From Tubiluchus corallicola (Eukaryota; Animalia; Priapulida): a DNA stretch of 60,013 nucleotides. Made by a program: the position numbers and the translations under genes. The notes below the pieces were generated by a model. The model saw nothing but the letters and a program-made list of their open reading frames with translations, ran no database searches and was not told the origin of the DNA. Of the stretch, positions 1-32,500 are shown in pieces (position 1 is the first letter of the stretch; every line of letters starts with the position of its first letter). Location: NCBI GenBank assembly GCA_030141605.1, contig JAQGDQ010001135.1, positions 1 through 60,013 of the forward strand, given 5' to 3'.

Positions 1-20689
<20,689 letters not shown>

Positions 20690-20969
20690 TGTTGACGGCT
20701 ATCTGAAAAACACTAGCTCATATTAATGTAATTAGTATATAGACTGTTTAGGCGTTCTTGAGAGAGAGAGAGAGAGGGGGAGGGAGGGAGGGAGGGAGGG
20801 AGAGAGAAAGAGAGAGAGAGAGAGAGGGAGGGAGGGAGAGAGAGAGAGAGAGAGAGAAAGAGTCTACATCTTAATGGTAAATTAATAATTCATTGCTGCA
20901 AACAGCAAGGTCCGATGAGTTATTTTAGAATTGGAAAATTACAGCAAGCGCCGCTTAATAGACTCACAG

Positions 20970-21241
20970 TTAATAATAATAATTATAATCTTTATTTAAA
21001 GTCAGCTTTTGGGTCAACAATTAACATTAGCTCAAAGAGCTGTTATCGCCGACTGTAAATAACAACCTACAACTACATAACAGAGACTATTATTACCCCA
21101 CTTTTACCCTAAATACCACGTGTCAGGCAGGGCAACAGCAGGTACCATTTTTAAAGTCTTTGGTATGACCTGGCCGCTGGTTTGAACTCACGACCTCCCA
21201 GACGGAAAGCAGACGCATTACCACTAGACTAAACCGCCTGG
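20970..21241 (-). mobile_element. tRNA-derived SINE
   Basis: A-box-like TAGTCTAGTGGT and B-box GTTCAAACC, then a GTCATACCAAAGACTTTAAAAATGGTAC core and an (ATT)n tail. Confidence 0.75.
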
Positions 21242-22135
21242 TTAAAGACTCAATCGCTTAATTGACTCAAAAATGCCTGGTACGGGCCGCTTCTATTCAA
21301 ATGTAAATAAAACTCAAATAATTTCGCATAATTGACTCGATATTTTTGCTTCGCATGCTTCAATAAGACACTTTTGTGTGACCAACAAGCTTTTATGACT
21401 TTTGTATCACCTTAGTTTGCTTTTTCCTATAATATACATAGAAACAATCATGTTAAGTACCATTTTGTTTGTAAGCTTATATGTTTATATGTACCAGGAA
21501 TGTTTATCATACGCTAATATGCTAGCTTAATCGCTTACACTGACCCGCCTGTCCACTGCAATTAACCTTGTTACCCAAGAATTCCTGGAAGTTAAACATT
21601 TAATCATTTGCTTAGCAGTTTGCTTTTGAAGTTCTGGCTGTCTTTGCCAGAAAGTTTAATCAGTTAAATGTTGCTGTTATACCGGGACACAGGTACAGTA
21701 CAGTTAAGTATAGCAAGCGGGAGTTTGGGCAAAACTACAGACAAAGCTACTTGAGGGCACCACCAACAGTTTAAGCATGCCAAATACTAACTATTTTACG
21801 AGAATTTGTGCATCATAGAACAACAGATTTTCAACATTTTTATTATTATGAGAACTTTGTGAGCCAAATTCTTCACGATAAAAAGAAGCAGCAGTCTTTG
21901 AAGAAATTTTTGTAACTTTTGCATCATTCTTGGGTGATTTAGAAAAGTATAGTTTTTAAATTATTGTTAATTCACTTAAATAAATTAATATTTCAAAATA
22001 TTTTTTTAATTTTTAACTGCATAAAGGAATTTAGGCATTACTTCGTTTCTAAAATTTATTAAAAAACATTTGCAGTGTATAGTAAGTTAATGACTCATAC
22101 TTCTATACCAGTAATACGACACCCATCGGTTAATA

Positions 22136-22616
22136 CAGGGCGTGCAAATTGCGGCCCGCCGAGAGAATTTGTGTGGCCAGCGAAGAGATTTGTCAACTTA
22201 ATGAAAGTGCGGCCAGGGCGATTAATTGAGTGTATCCAGCTGAAGTCTGTGCCACAATCTCAAAGATAGTGCGGGTAGTTTTTTCTACTAGATCGGATGC
22301 CATTAACCCTTACAAGACGGTTGTAGCTTAATGTCACTGTACTACACAGACTGTGTGATACACATTACTAATATGTATTGTAATGAAATTACCACTATCT
22401 GTCCTGAAAGTAGAAATATATGGTTTGTAATATAAATTTCAATAACTTCTAAAATAGTTTCTTGAGTGTAGTAGTAATGATGTACGCAGGTCGGATGCAA
22501 AAAAATCATTATTAGGCCTTTCTGTACTTGGCTCCTTGATCAAACTGCCTGTGGCCCACAGGAATTGCGGGAAAGTTTAATGTGGCCCTGCTAATCAGAT
22601 AATTTGCACACCCCTG
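22136..22616 (+). mobile_element. hAT MITE, copy 2
   Basis: Same TIR and body; perfect 8-bp TSD GGTTAATA. Confidence 0.9.
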
Positions 22617-23039
22617 GGTTAATAGGTTCAGTCGGTTAACTGGGTCAAAACACGTCTGTCCCAAAGTGAGTCTACTAAGCGGCACTTACTGTATAATGAA
22701 AAGAAATCATTATCACGACTTTATTTAATCAGGATATGTAGTGACCACATGAAACAGACCAAACAAACTACAATTTTGGGTGACACTGCCAACGCAAATT
22801 GTAAGTTGTGGTGCAGAATGAGTGATTTACTTCAGCAAAATTACATGCTCCCTAATGTTACGTGTTTTACCATTTTGATTTGATGTGTGTTTAAAGGAAA
22901 ACCGGACGATTGTTTAGACTCAATCTCATTTTAATTTACTGTCCAAAATATACGTTTTCTTGCCTATAAAAGTTAGCAATTGTTTCTTATATTTGAATAA
23001 TTAGCTTAGAAAGTTAATTAATGGCAACAGAACGCAGCT

Positions 23040-23180
23040 ATTGCTTACGTCAGAAACTAACCACAGTTTGTGCAATGGCAGGCGTCTTCCCTCGCCCATC
23101 AAGCACATTTGCGTGAGTGTTACTGCTTAAACGCATGACGTCACGAATCGGCTCTACATCATATGACGTCAGAAACTAAC
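23040..23180. promoter_or_regulatory. Candidate Vps34 promoter/enhancer with clustered CRE motifs
   Basis: TGACGTCA at 23136-23143 and 23164-23171, TTACGTCA at 23045-23052; locally CpG-richer; ~2.4 kb upstream of the ATG. Confidence 0.35.
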
Positions 23181-23849
23181 ACAGCAGTTCATGATCATGG
23201 TTATCATGGTGCCACCTTCTATTTGTCAGCCACACGAATGTGACAAAAAGGCGCCGTTGCCAATCTTAGTAGATTCACTGAGCTACGTGTACCTTTGAAC
23301 GTTTAACGAGAGTATTATTTAATCTAAGCTTTGATCGAGAAAAAGCTATTGTAGTTTTCAATATTTTAGAGCATTCTTTATTCTGAACTAATGTTTACAC
23401 AATCGTCCAGTTTTGCTTAAAACTAAAACTACTGAACTGGTCACTGGAAGTATCCACATAATTTCGAGCAAACTATATCTGTCCCGCCAAAACTTGATGT
23501 GTAGTGGTGTACACTGCACTGCCCTCTATGTAAAAATTACTAACTTGCTACTGTGGTCTTATAGTTGTCTTACAGATAGAATTTTGACATATCTGAAAAA
23601 AGCAATGATGTACCACAGTTAAAGTGTGGCATTTATGGAAATTAAACTGATTGATTGCTTTTGTATTAGATACTGAAGATCAGGCTAAAACGTGGCAAGA
23701 TATTGAACATTTCTAGTTTATGCTGCTTTGCTTTAAAGTAGTTACAAAAAAAAATGCTACTCAAAACTGTAAGATTGTTACACGACTTTGAATTTGTGTA
23801 CTATTACCGCTAATGTGTTATACTGTCATGATGAGGGTAAGACTTGTAT

Positions 23850-24330
23850 TATTATATAATTCTCTTTTTTACCATATCTAAATAATTCAAACATTATTTG
23901 GGGAAGCACATACTCCAGTCGATTGGAAAAAATTCATCTGATTCAGAAGAAAATAGTGCGAGCTATAACATCTGCCGGTTATCAGGACCAAACACCGCCA
24001 ATATTTAAAAGACTAAACTTTTTAAACAGTTATGACATTAATAAGTTCCAAACTGATATTTTCATGTACAAATTCTCTCATAAATTATTGCCTCCCTTAT
24101 TTACTGATTATTTTTGTTTGAATGCTGAGACACATAATTACGGCACACGTTATAGGCTGCACTATCACTACATACAGTGCAACACAAATGTTAGAAAATT
24201 TTCTATTAAATACAATGGCCCTTACATATGGAATTCAAGCTATTTGCTCCAGCTATTAAAAATGCCAACTCGCTGTCCATATTTAAAAAAAAATTATAAA
24301 TTAAACTTACTTGAAACATATAACTGATCA
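23850..24330 (+). mobile_element. L2-group (Crack/Daphne-like) LINE ORF2 C-terminal fragment
   Basis: IIWGSTY..LIQKKIVRAIT..PIFKRLNFL..MYK..HNYGTR..FSIKYNGPYIWN. Confidence 0.8.
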
Positions 24331-24444
24331 CTCAATCATGATTTGTTGTTTTTCATTTCCAAAACTTTCATAGTATAATAATATTTTTATTACTTCCCAC
24401 CCGTATTTATATTTGTATTTTGTCGATTCAAAATTAAACATTAC

Positions 24445-24600
24445 TGTGACTGGTGTGGCAAACACCATTGCAGGCAGATTATTTCATTCATTCACAACTC
24501 TCACAGAAAATGAATATTTAAGAATGTCAAGACGAGACCGGTCTTTAAGCAGTTTTAAACTATGTCCTCTAGTTTTAGAATCAATCAATAGTCCATAATC
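24445..24600 (-). mobile_element. CR1 LINE 3' fragment
   Basis: Reverse translation TRGHSLKLLKDRSRLDILKYSFSVRVVNE*NNLP. Confidence 0.75.
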
Positions 24601-26557
24601 CAGAGATGGGGGTGTTACTTAGCATAAATGCTATTTACCCCTCCCTCCACTATATTGAATTAGCTAAAACTGAAATTTTACAGATAGTGGCACCACCGCT
24701 GATAAAGGAAGGTCATACCATCAGAATCAACAACAAAATTAAAGAATTTTTCCGGACTAGTTAATAAATATTTTATAAATTTCAATAAATCATTAGCAAC
24801 AAACCTCCACGATGTTTTTTAATTCAAACATGCTATGCAAACATTCTGGGGTAAATTCACTCTTGACAATGCTGTCATGTACGGATTCGTAATAATATTT
24901 TGATGGTAGTCAGACACGATCACTCACACTCACCGTAGACGGTTCCGTTTAGTTTCCATCTGTCACTGCTCCAGTCAGCCACTGTACAGTATTTATTTTC
25001 GCGTTTTAAGCATACCGGAAACCTTTTCTCATACGGTTCCTAATCTAAAAGAACTTGGGTTTGTCATTTTTTGCGCCACCTTCATTATTGTTGTCAGTCA
25101 ATCTGTTGCACAGGTTAACAGTTACTGGAATGTCTTTTTATTGTTAATAATTATTATTAAGATTCTTGATTAAGCGGATTATTAAACATTTGACAAAATT
25201 ATTATACCCGTGACTAATTTCACATCCAAATCAATAGGTAATGATAGAAAATAGAGTTAAAAATTTAAAACAAATAATCACAAATTACAAAGCCATCCAG
25301 CCGCATAATTATAATAATTGAATTTCTTGCAGTTTACAAACATTTCGTGTATAACACTCCACACATTGTCAGTGTGTTACACATGGTCTTCAATAGCAAC
25401 AGTTGTACCACTTTGATGAAATAGTACCTCTCGGTTGCCATCAGATATGAGAGAAAGCCATAAATTTCGTAAAGCCTACACGAATCACTGCCAGCTGTAA
25501 CCTTAATTTTGGTGCGATCTCTATTTGCCATGTGATATCTGTAATGTAGCCTTCATTGTTTTGTAATGACTACATCAAAAACAAGTCTCAATATATTAGA
25601 AACAACGGGGGGTGGAGAGAAAGAGAGGGTGAGGGACGAAGGGAGAATGCAAAGGGAGAGAGAGAGAAAGAGAGAGAGACATGGTGAATGAGGAAGGAAG
25701 AATGCAAGAGAGAGAGAGGAGTGCGAGAGAGTTTTGTATCGAACAAACATCCTAATAATTATTAAGATATAATAATTACCTATGCTGTACTTCATTGTTC
25801 ACCACCTTGCTTCAAATGTGCACTTTATAAACAAAAACACGTGTACAAAGAGGACAAATATGTTATACGGCTTTACTGTCGAAACCGCTACCATTTAAGT
25901 AATTTCTCATTTATTTTGTGTGACATGATCTTACTTCGTGTAGAAGTACATGACAGTGTGTCGTAAACCTTTGTCAAAGTAACGAAAGTAATATTCGTTG
26001 CTCAGGGAAAAAAGCTTAGATATATATGTTATTGTTTTAGCTACGTGTAGGTAGCAAACTCAGTAGAAAAATTTCTTTCAGTTATTAGTTTTTTGTACAA
26101 CTATAACACACTACTTTGGTTCATCACTGTTCATCCTGTAACAGCCATCATTAAAATGATGATCTTTGCACCCAATTCTCATAATCATGATTCAAAAACA
26201 TAAAATCACATTAAAATGTTCCATCAAAATACACATGTAATAAAACTAAAATTCATTAAATTTAATCTACTTTGAAATGTGCACATAAGTTCAGAAACTA
26301 AATTTACTGTAAACAAAATTTAGAGAGTACAACAACAGCTACAAACAAGTTAATAAATTTTGCTTGGCTGGACATTGATAGAAGAAACCACAACTATATC
26401 TTATTATAATTTAACCTCAGACTTAAACTGACTAAGGTAAGATAGGCCTATTTTGTACAGACTCAGGGCAACTATTTCCACACAATGATAAAAATATTAA
26501 CACAATATACAAAAGTTTTAAAATCACATACATTTAAGTTTAAGCATAAATTCTGAC

Positions 26558-29500
26558 TTATCTAACAAAACAAACCATAACAGTGAGAATAACAACGTGT
26601 CCAAACAAGAACTTTCTCGGAAAATTGCTACCATTTTGTCCTGAAACAAAATAAAGAACGTTAGTGCTTGTAACTAAAGTCATAGATGTAGGAGCTACAG
26701 CTCTTATGCTGGTTTTTCATCATTGATGTTAGGCATTCAATTTTCAACTATTTAATTCTTCTTAACTCCCAAATGCATAGGGCTAGAATCAATAAACTTA
26801 AAATGTAGGTCCCGGTACAAGTACACCATTAATAATCAATATACATCGAAGCTAATTTTAATTGCAAGGTTAAAATTCTTTGCATTATCAACATATTATT
26901 ATGGTTATGATTTATCAAAAAATTCTTAGAAATATTTTACGTAACATCATTCATTCTCCCTTTGTTTAAAAAAAATTTAAAAAATTGTAATAATCTGAAA
27001 GGAATACTGTCAATCAAGTTCTGGTCAGTGGTCAGCTTGAGTCTTATTGGTCTGAGCAGTTGGTTGTTGATTGGCTGTATAGGCGGGACTATGCAGCTGC
27101 TAGAGTGTTTCCTAGAAGTGAGTCATTGCCCTGATGCGACTGTTTCCAAGAACTGGATGCAGGTGTTTATGGCTATTTCTAGAAAGTAAGCACATCTGGT
27201 TATGACTGTATCCGGGAAGTAGGGAAATGAGCACATCTGGTCATGACTGTATCCAGGAAATAGGCAAACGAGCACCACTGGTCATTACTGTTTCCAGGAA
27301 GTAGGGAAATGAGCACATCTGGTTATTACTGTTTCCAGGAAATAGAAAAAAATGAGCACATCTGGTTATTACTGTTTCCAGGAAGCAGGGAAATGAGCAC
27401 GACTGGTCATTACTGTTACCAGGAAGTAGGGAAATGAACACATCTGGTCATTACTGTTACCAGGAAGAAGGGAAATGAGCACATCTGGTCATAACTGTTA
27501 CCAGGAAGTAGGGAAATGAACACATCTGGTCATTACTGTTACCAGGAAGTAGGGAAATGAGCACATCTGGTCATAACTGTTACCAGGAAGTAGGGAAATG
27601 AGCACATCTGGTCATAACTGTTACCAGGAAGTAGGGAAATGAGCACATCTGGTCATAACTGTTACCAGGAAGTAGGGAAATGAGCACATCTGGTCATAAC
27701 TGTTACCAGGAAGTAGGGAAATGAGCACATCTGGTCATAACTGTTACCAGGAAGTAGGGAAATGAGCACATCTGGTCATTACTGTTACCAGGAAGTAGGG
27801 AAATGAGCACGACTTTTTACCAGGAAGTAGGGAAATGAGCACATCTGGTCATTGCTGTTTCCAGGACATACGGAAATGAGTGCAGTGATTCATTGCCCTG
27901 TAACAGTTTCTAAGAACTGTGTGCAGCTGGTCATTGCTCTTTCTAGGAAGTCATTGCCCTGACGCAGCTGTTAACACTGATTTTAGGAAAAACGGCAGCT
28001 GATGTCATTGACCATTAATTACAACAAGTGTGCTTAATATTAAAACATTGTATAAGCATGGACTTGATGTTAAACCATTTGTTGAGCTTATTGATTATAT
28101 GATGTGCATAATTAATTAATTAATATAAAATAATTCAATCTCACTCTTTTTCTCTGCATTGAACTTAAATTAAGCTACAAAAATGAACAATTTTAAATGT
28201 AGGTGCCAGCACATGTCTAATTATTGGTAGTAGTACTTTCAATCATCAATCGCAAATGAAAATGTACGACACTCCGGTAACAGAAACAAAACTATTGCAT
28301 AACTAACAACCATTTCTGTGTTTTAGCAAGGTTAATTCTCTTAGGTCCTTAATCAATGCACTTACCATTATCTTCATTTCCAGACACCCAAACACCATTT
28401 TTATCACCGCTTTCTTCTTTGTCACCTTCCTTTACAAATTTTATAGTTAAGCTGCCTTTTCTCTCTCCAACCACATTCCTAGCTGTACAAGTGTATGTCC
28501 CTCCATCAATAACTTCCGCATTTTTCTTCGTAACTTTTTTGCTGGTGTTTCCACTTGACAAACTATGTAATATAATATGATGCGATGTGATGTGATGTGA
28601 AGTGATGAGATGTCATGCAATGTGAAGTGATGCAATGTGATGTGATGTAAAGTGATGTGAAGTGTTGCAATGTAAAAAAGCACCTATAGTAAGTACACAG
28701 TCTGCGAAAGTTGCTTCAAGTTTTGATGTTGGGGCCAATTATAAACTGCTTCAGTTTAGTAGGATCAGTCTTGACACTATCAGAATAAACAATGTAATAA
28801 AGGTAAGTAACTTCTTTCTGTGTGAGAAGACATTTTTTAACATTTAATTTCAGCTCAGCTTTTTCTAGGTGCACGAAGGCTTTCTGGAAGCGGGAGAGGT
28901 ACTCTCAAAAGTTCAGCCATAGACTATGATGTTGTCTAAATAGATAAGGACTGAACGCCAATGAAGAGCACTCAGGACCTGCTCCATAATAATGGCAGCT
29001 TTCCATTGACTCAATACTACTGTTGAGTTGTTTGCCGCTGTCACTGTCTGTTACTCTATATGGGTAAAAACTGGTCATTTCTACTCTTGGCCTTGGACTA
29101 ATCTTTATTATCAAATCATATAATGTGTGATAGATGGTAAATAAAAAATAATATGCATCAGGGCACCTATTGTGTTACTACTCTCTATGACATTTCATAC
29201 TTTATCTCAGCTTCTATAACTTGTACACATAAGTGACCCATATACAGTGTGACAGCATTGTCTTGTCAGCATTTACTACTAGTAGGCATGCTGTCGCTAA
29301 TGCAGTGAATTACGTTTGTCTAAACTAGTAATAAATTTCATTTTCCAGGTTAATGAACCTCTAAACTTTACTCACATCTTAAACTTTACAACAAAAATTG
29401 ATAAAGACAAAAACTAACAAATGAAGCATCTATTTTAAAAATTAAAACTTTTTGGAAAATAGTACTAATGAACAATACAAACGAGAATGCAAAAGCTGAT

Positions 29501-32500
29501 TCTATATTATCATCAACTGTAGATGCATCACAGCAGGTGTTGTGTTACAAAACTGTACAATTCGTACTTTAACTTCCTTCTGTAAAACTTACAAACTCTT
29601 ATTATCTAATATGCGGAAATCAAATCTGAACATATCATATGTAAATGTAAATGTAATTACAATACATCATATTGTGCGGAGGCATTTTATGTCAAGTAGT
29701 ATAATTACTGACATAAAAAACTGAGAATTCACTAAAAATGATGACTTACCAACAACAGTTACTTCTCCTTTGCGTGAATTTCCAATTACCTCACGAAAAT
29801 CTTGTACTTGGCAGTAATAGACACCATCACGTTGACTTACATCTATATTTATGATCTTTATACCCCAATTTCCAGTGGTGGGAGGTCTTCTGTCAATATA
29901 AGCATAGTTTTCATCACTGCCGACATTAACAAACTGGTCATTATTAACATACCAGTCAACTTTATAAGAGGGAAAAATCCCACTTTTCACTTTACACTGT
30001 ACCACAACGTTATCTCCAGGAAAAGCAGCAACATCCTCAGGTTGTTGTTCAAAATATGGTGATTCACACCCTACATCTGCAAAAAATACAAACTTTACAT
30101 AAGAAATTCAGATTTTGCTGCAACGGCTAATATGTGTGATGAATCACCTGAATTTAAAAATAGAATATTATAACCAAGTGAGCATATATAGATATATAAT
30201 TATACATACATAATTCTACTTTTATTTATTGTTCAATTTTACTTCACTTTTTCAGTCTAAAAGACCCAGACCCATCAAGGTCATTTGCAGCATGCTACAT
30301 ACACTTCTTCAATATACAGTGTTTAAAACGTGTTCCTAATGTGGTTGTTGAAACATGGACACTCGGTCTGAAAATTTTACTTACATCTAGCAGTAAGATG
30401 GATTAATAAAAATTTAACTTACATTGAACATTTAGTGTCTTGTTAATAAACTGTTTTGACAAAATGTCATGTATAAAAACTTGACAAGTCAGCTGCTTTC
30501 CATTGTCTTCAGGTTTAAATGAATAACCATCCATTGTGCTCACAACATTAGTAAAATTGGTGTTTAGATCCAGCATAGTTTCTGAACTAGAGCTGACAGG
30601 AGCTGAACCTGCATGTAATATAAATTATAACCTGATGATAACAAGAAAATATGTGGCGTATAAATAGGTTTTTGATTTAATGCACCTAATGTACACTTAA
30701 TATTACCTTTATGTCAACGATAATCTATTTAAAAATATTTTAATATAGTTTAAGTAAGGGCTACTGTAGTAGTGGTGGTGCTGGTGACAAGGATAAGATA
30801 AAAGCTGGCATGGTGTGCGTGTTGATGTAGGCAGTAACTTAGTTAGCTGGTGATGATGATGATGATGATATGATATGATTAATTTATATCAAAACAGAAT
30901 AAGTTACATAGATCATTAAAGTAAATAATAATTAGAAAGATATTACCAATAAACCAACTTATGGTAGGCAGAACTTTGCAGTTGCTTTTGGCTTCACATT
31001 TGAGCTGATTACAGATGTCTTCTGCTCCAACTGTAATCGAGGGTTTCACATGTAGCACATCATTCAGCAGCATTCTAATATTTGCTGGAACTATTATAAT
31101 TACGACTTTAAATTAGTTCATAAACACATTTTCAAATATTTCCTAGATACACGTCAGAGATAACGTTTCTACACAACAGTTACTATATTATACACACTAA
31201 GTCAGATATGAATGAATTAATTAAGCAACAATTAAGTGAATAAATAATGAAAACTAAATCAAATACCCCTAGCTGAAATATGAATTAGGATAAATGAAGA
31301 AAAAAAATACAAAGGGAAAAGAAAAAAAGCATCCAGAGAAAAGCAAAATAGCTGAATAATCACAGTGTAATCTTGTTTCAGGTCTAGTCTCATGAGCAAT
31401 GGCTGAAGAGTTTCTAGAGTAGACACAAAGACAGTGAGAAAGGAAGTAGAACTAGTAGTGAAAATACTAGGCTGGTACTAAATAATATTATGTAATATAA
31501 TATGATGCGATGTGATGTGATGTGAAGTGATGCGATGTAAAGTGATGTGAAGTGATGCAATGTAAAAAAGCGCCTCTAGTAAGTACACAGTCTGCGAAAG
31601 TTGCTTCAAGTTTTGACGTTGGGCCAATTATAAACCACTTCAGTTTTAGTAAGATCAGTCTTGACACTTTCAGAAGAAACAATGTAATAAAGGTAACTAA
31701 CTTCTTTCTGTGTGAGAAGACATTTTTTAGCATTTAATTTCAGCTCAGCTTTTTCTAGGTGCACGAAGGCTTCCTGGAAGAGGGAGAGGTACTCTCAAAA
31801 GTTCAGCCATAGACTATGATGTTATCTAAACAGATAAGGACTGAACGCCAATGAAGAGCACTCAGGACCTGCTCCATAATAATGGCAGCTTTCCATTGAC
31901 CAAATACTACTACAGAGTTGTTTGCCGCTGTCACCGTCTGTTACTCTATATGGGTAAAAACTACTCTTGGCCTTGGACTAATATTTATTATCAAATCATA
32001 TAATGTGTGATAGATGGTAAATAAAAAATAATATGCATCAGGGCACCTATTGTGTCACTACTCTCTATGACATTTCATACTTTATCTCAACTTCTACAAC
32101 TTGTACACATAAGTGACCCATATACAGTGTGACAGCATTGTCTTGTCAGCATTTACTACTAGTAGGCATGCTGTCGCTAACGCAGTGAATTACGTTTGTC
32201 TAAACTAGTAATAAATTTCATTTTCCAGGTTAATGAACCTCTAAACTTTACTCACATCTTAAACTTTACAACGAAAATTGATAAAGACAAAAAACTAACA
32301 AATGAAGCATCTACTTTAAAAGTTAATACTTTTTGGAAAATAGTACTAATGAACAATACAAACGAGAATGCAAAAGCTGATTCTATATCATCATCAACTG
32401 TAGATGTATCACAGCAGGTGTTGCGTTACAAAACTGTGACAATTCATACTTTAACTTCCTTCTGTAAAACTTACAAACTCTTATTACCTAATATGCGGAA

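Larger units (their letters stand above)
20942..22691. mobile_element. Tc1/mariner-type TIR element with a nested SINE and a nested hAT MITE
   Basis: TA-CAGCAAGCGCCGCTTAATAGACTCAC at the left and its near-perfect inverse GTGAGTCTACTAAGCGGCACTTACTG-TA at the right. Confidence 0.7.
25800..28562 (+). repeat. Segmental duplication, paralogous to ~40732-42953 (3' ends of genes B and A)
   Basis: Collinear, high identity across the 3' flank, last exon, last intron and Ig3 exon. Confidence 0.92.

Noticed and set aside
21170-21241. tRNA gene
   Set aside because: Has A/B boxes but no acceptor-stem closure, and continues into a SINE core and tail.
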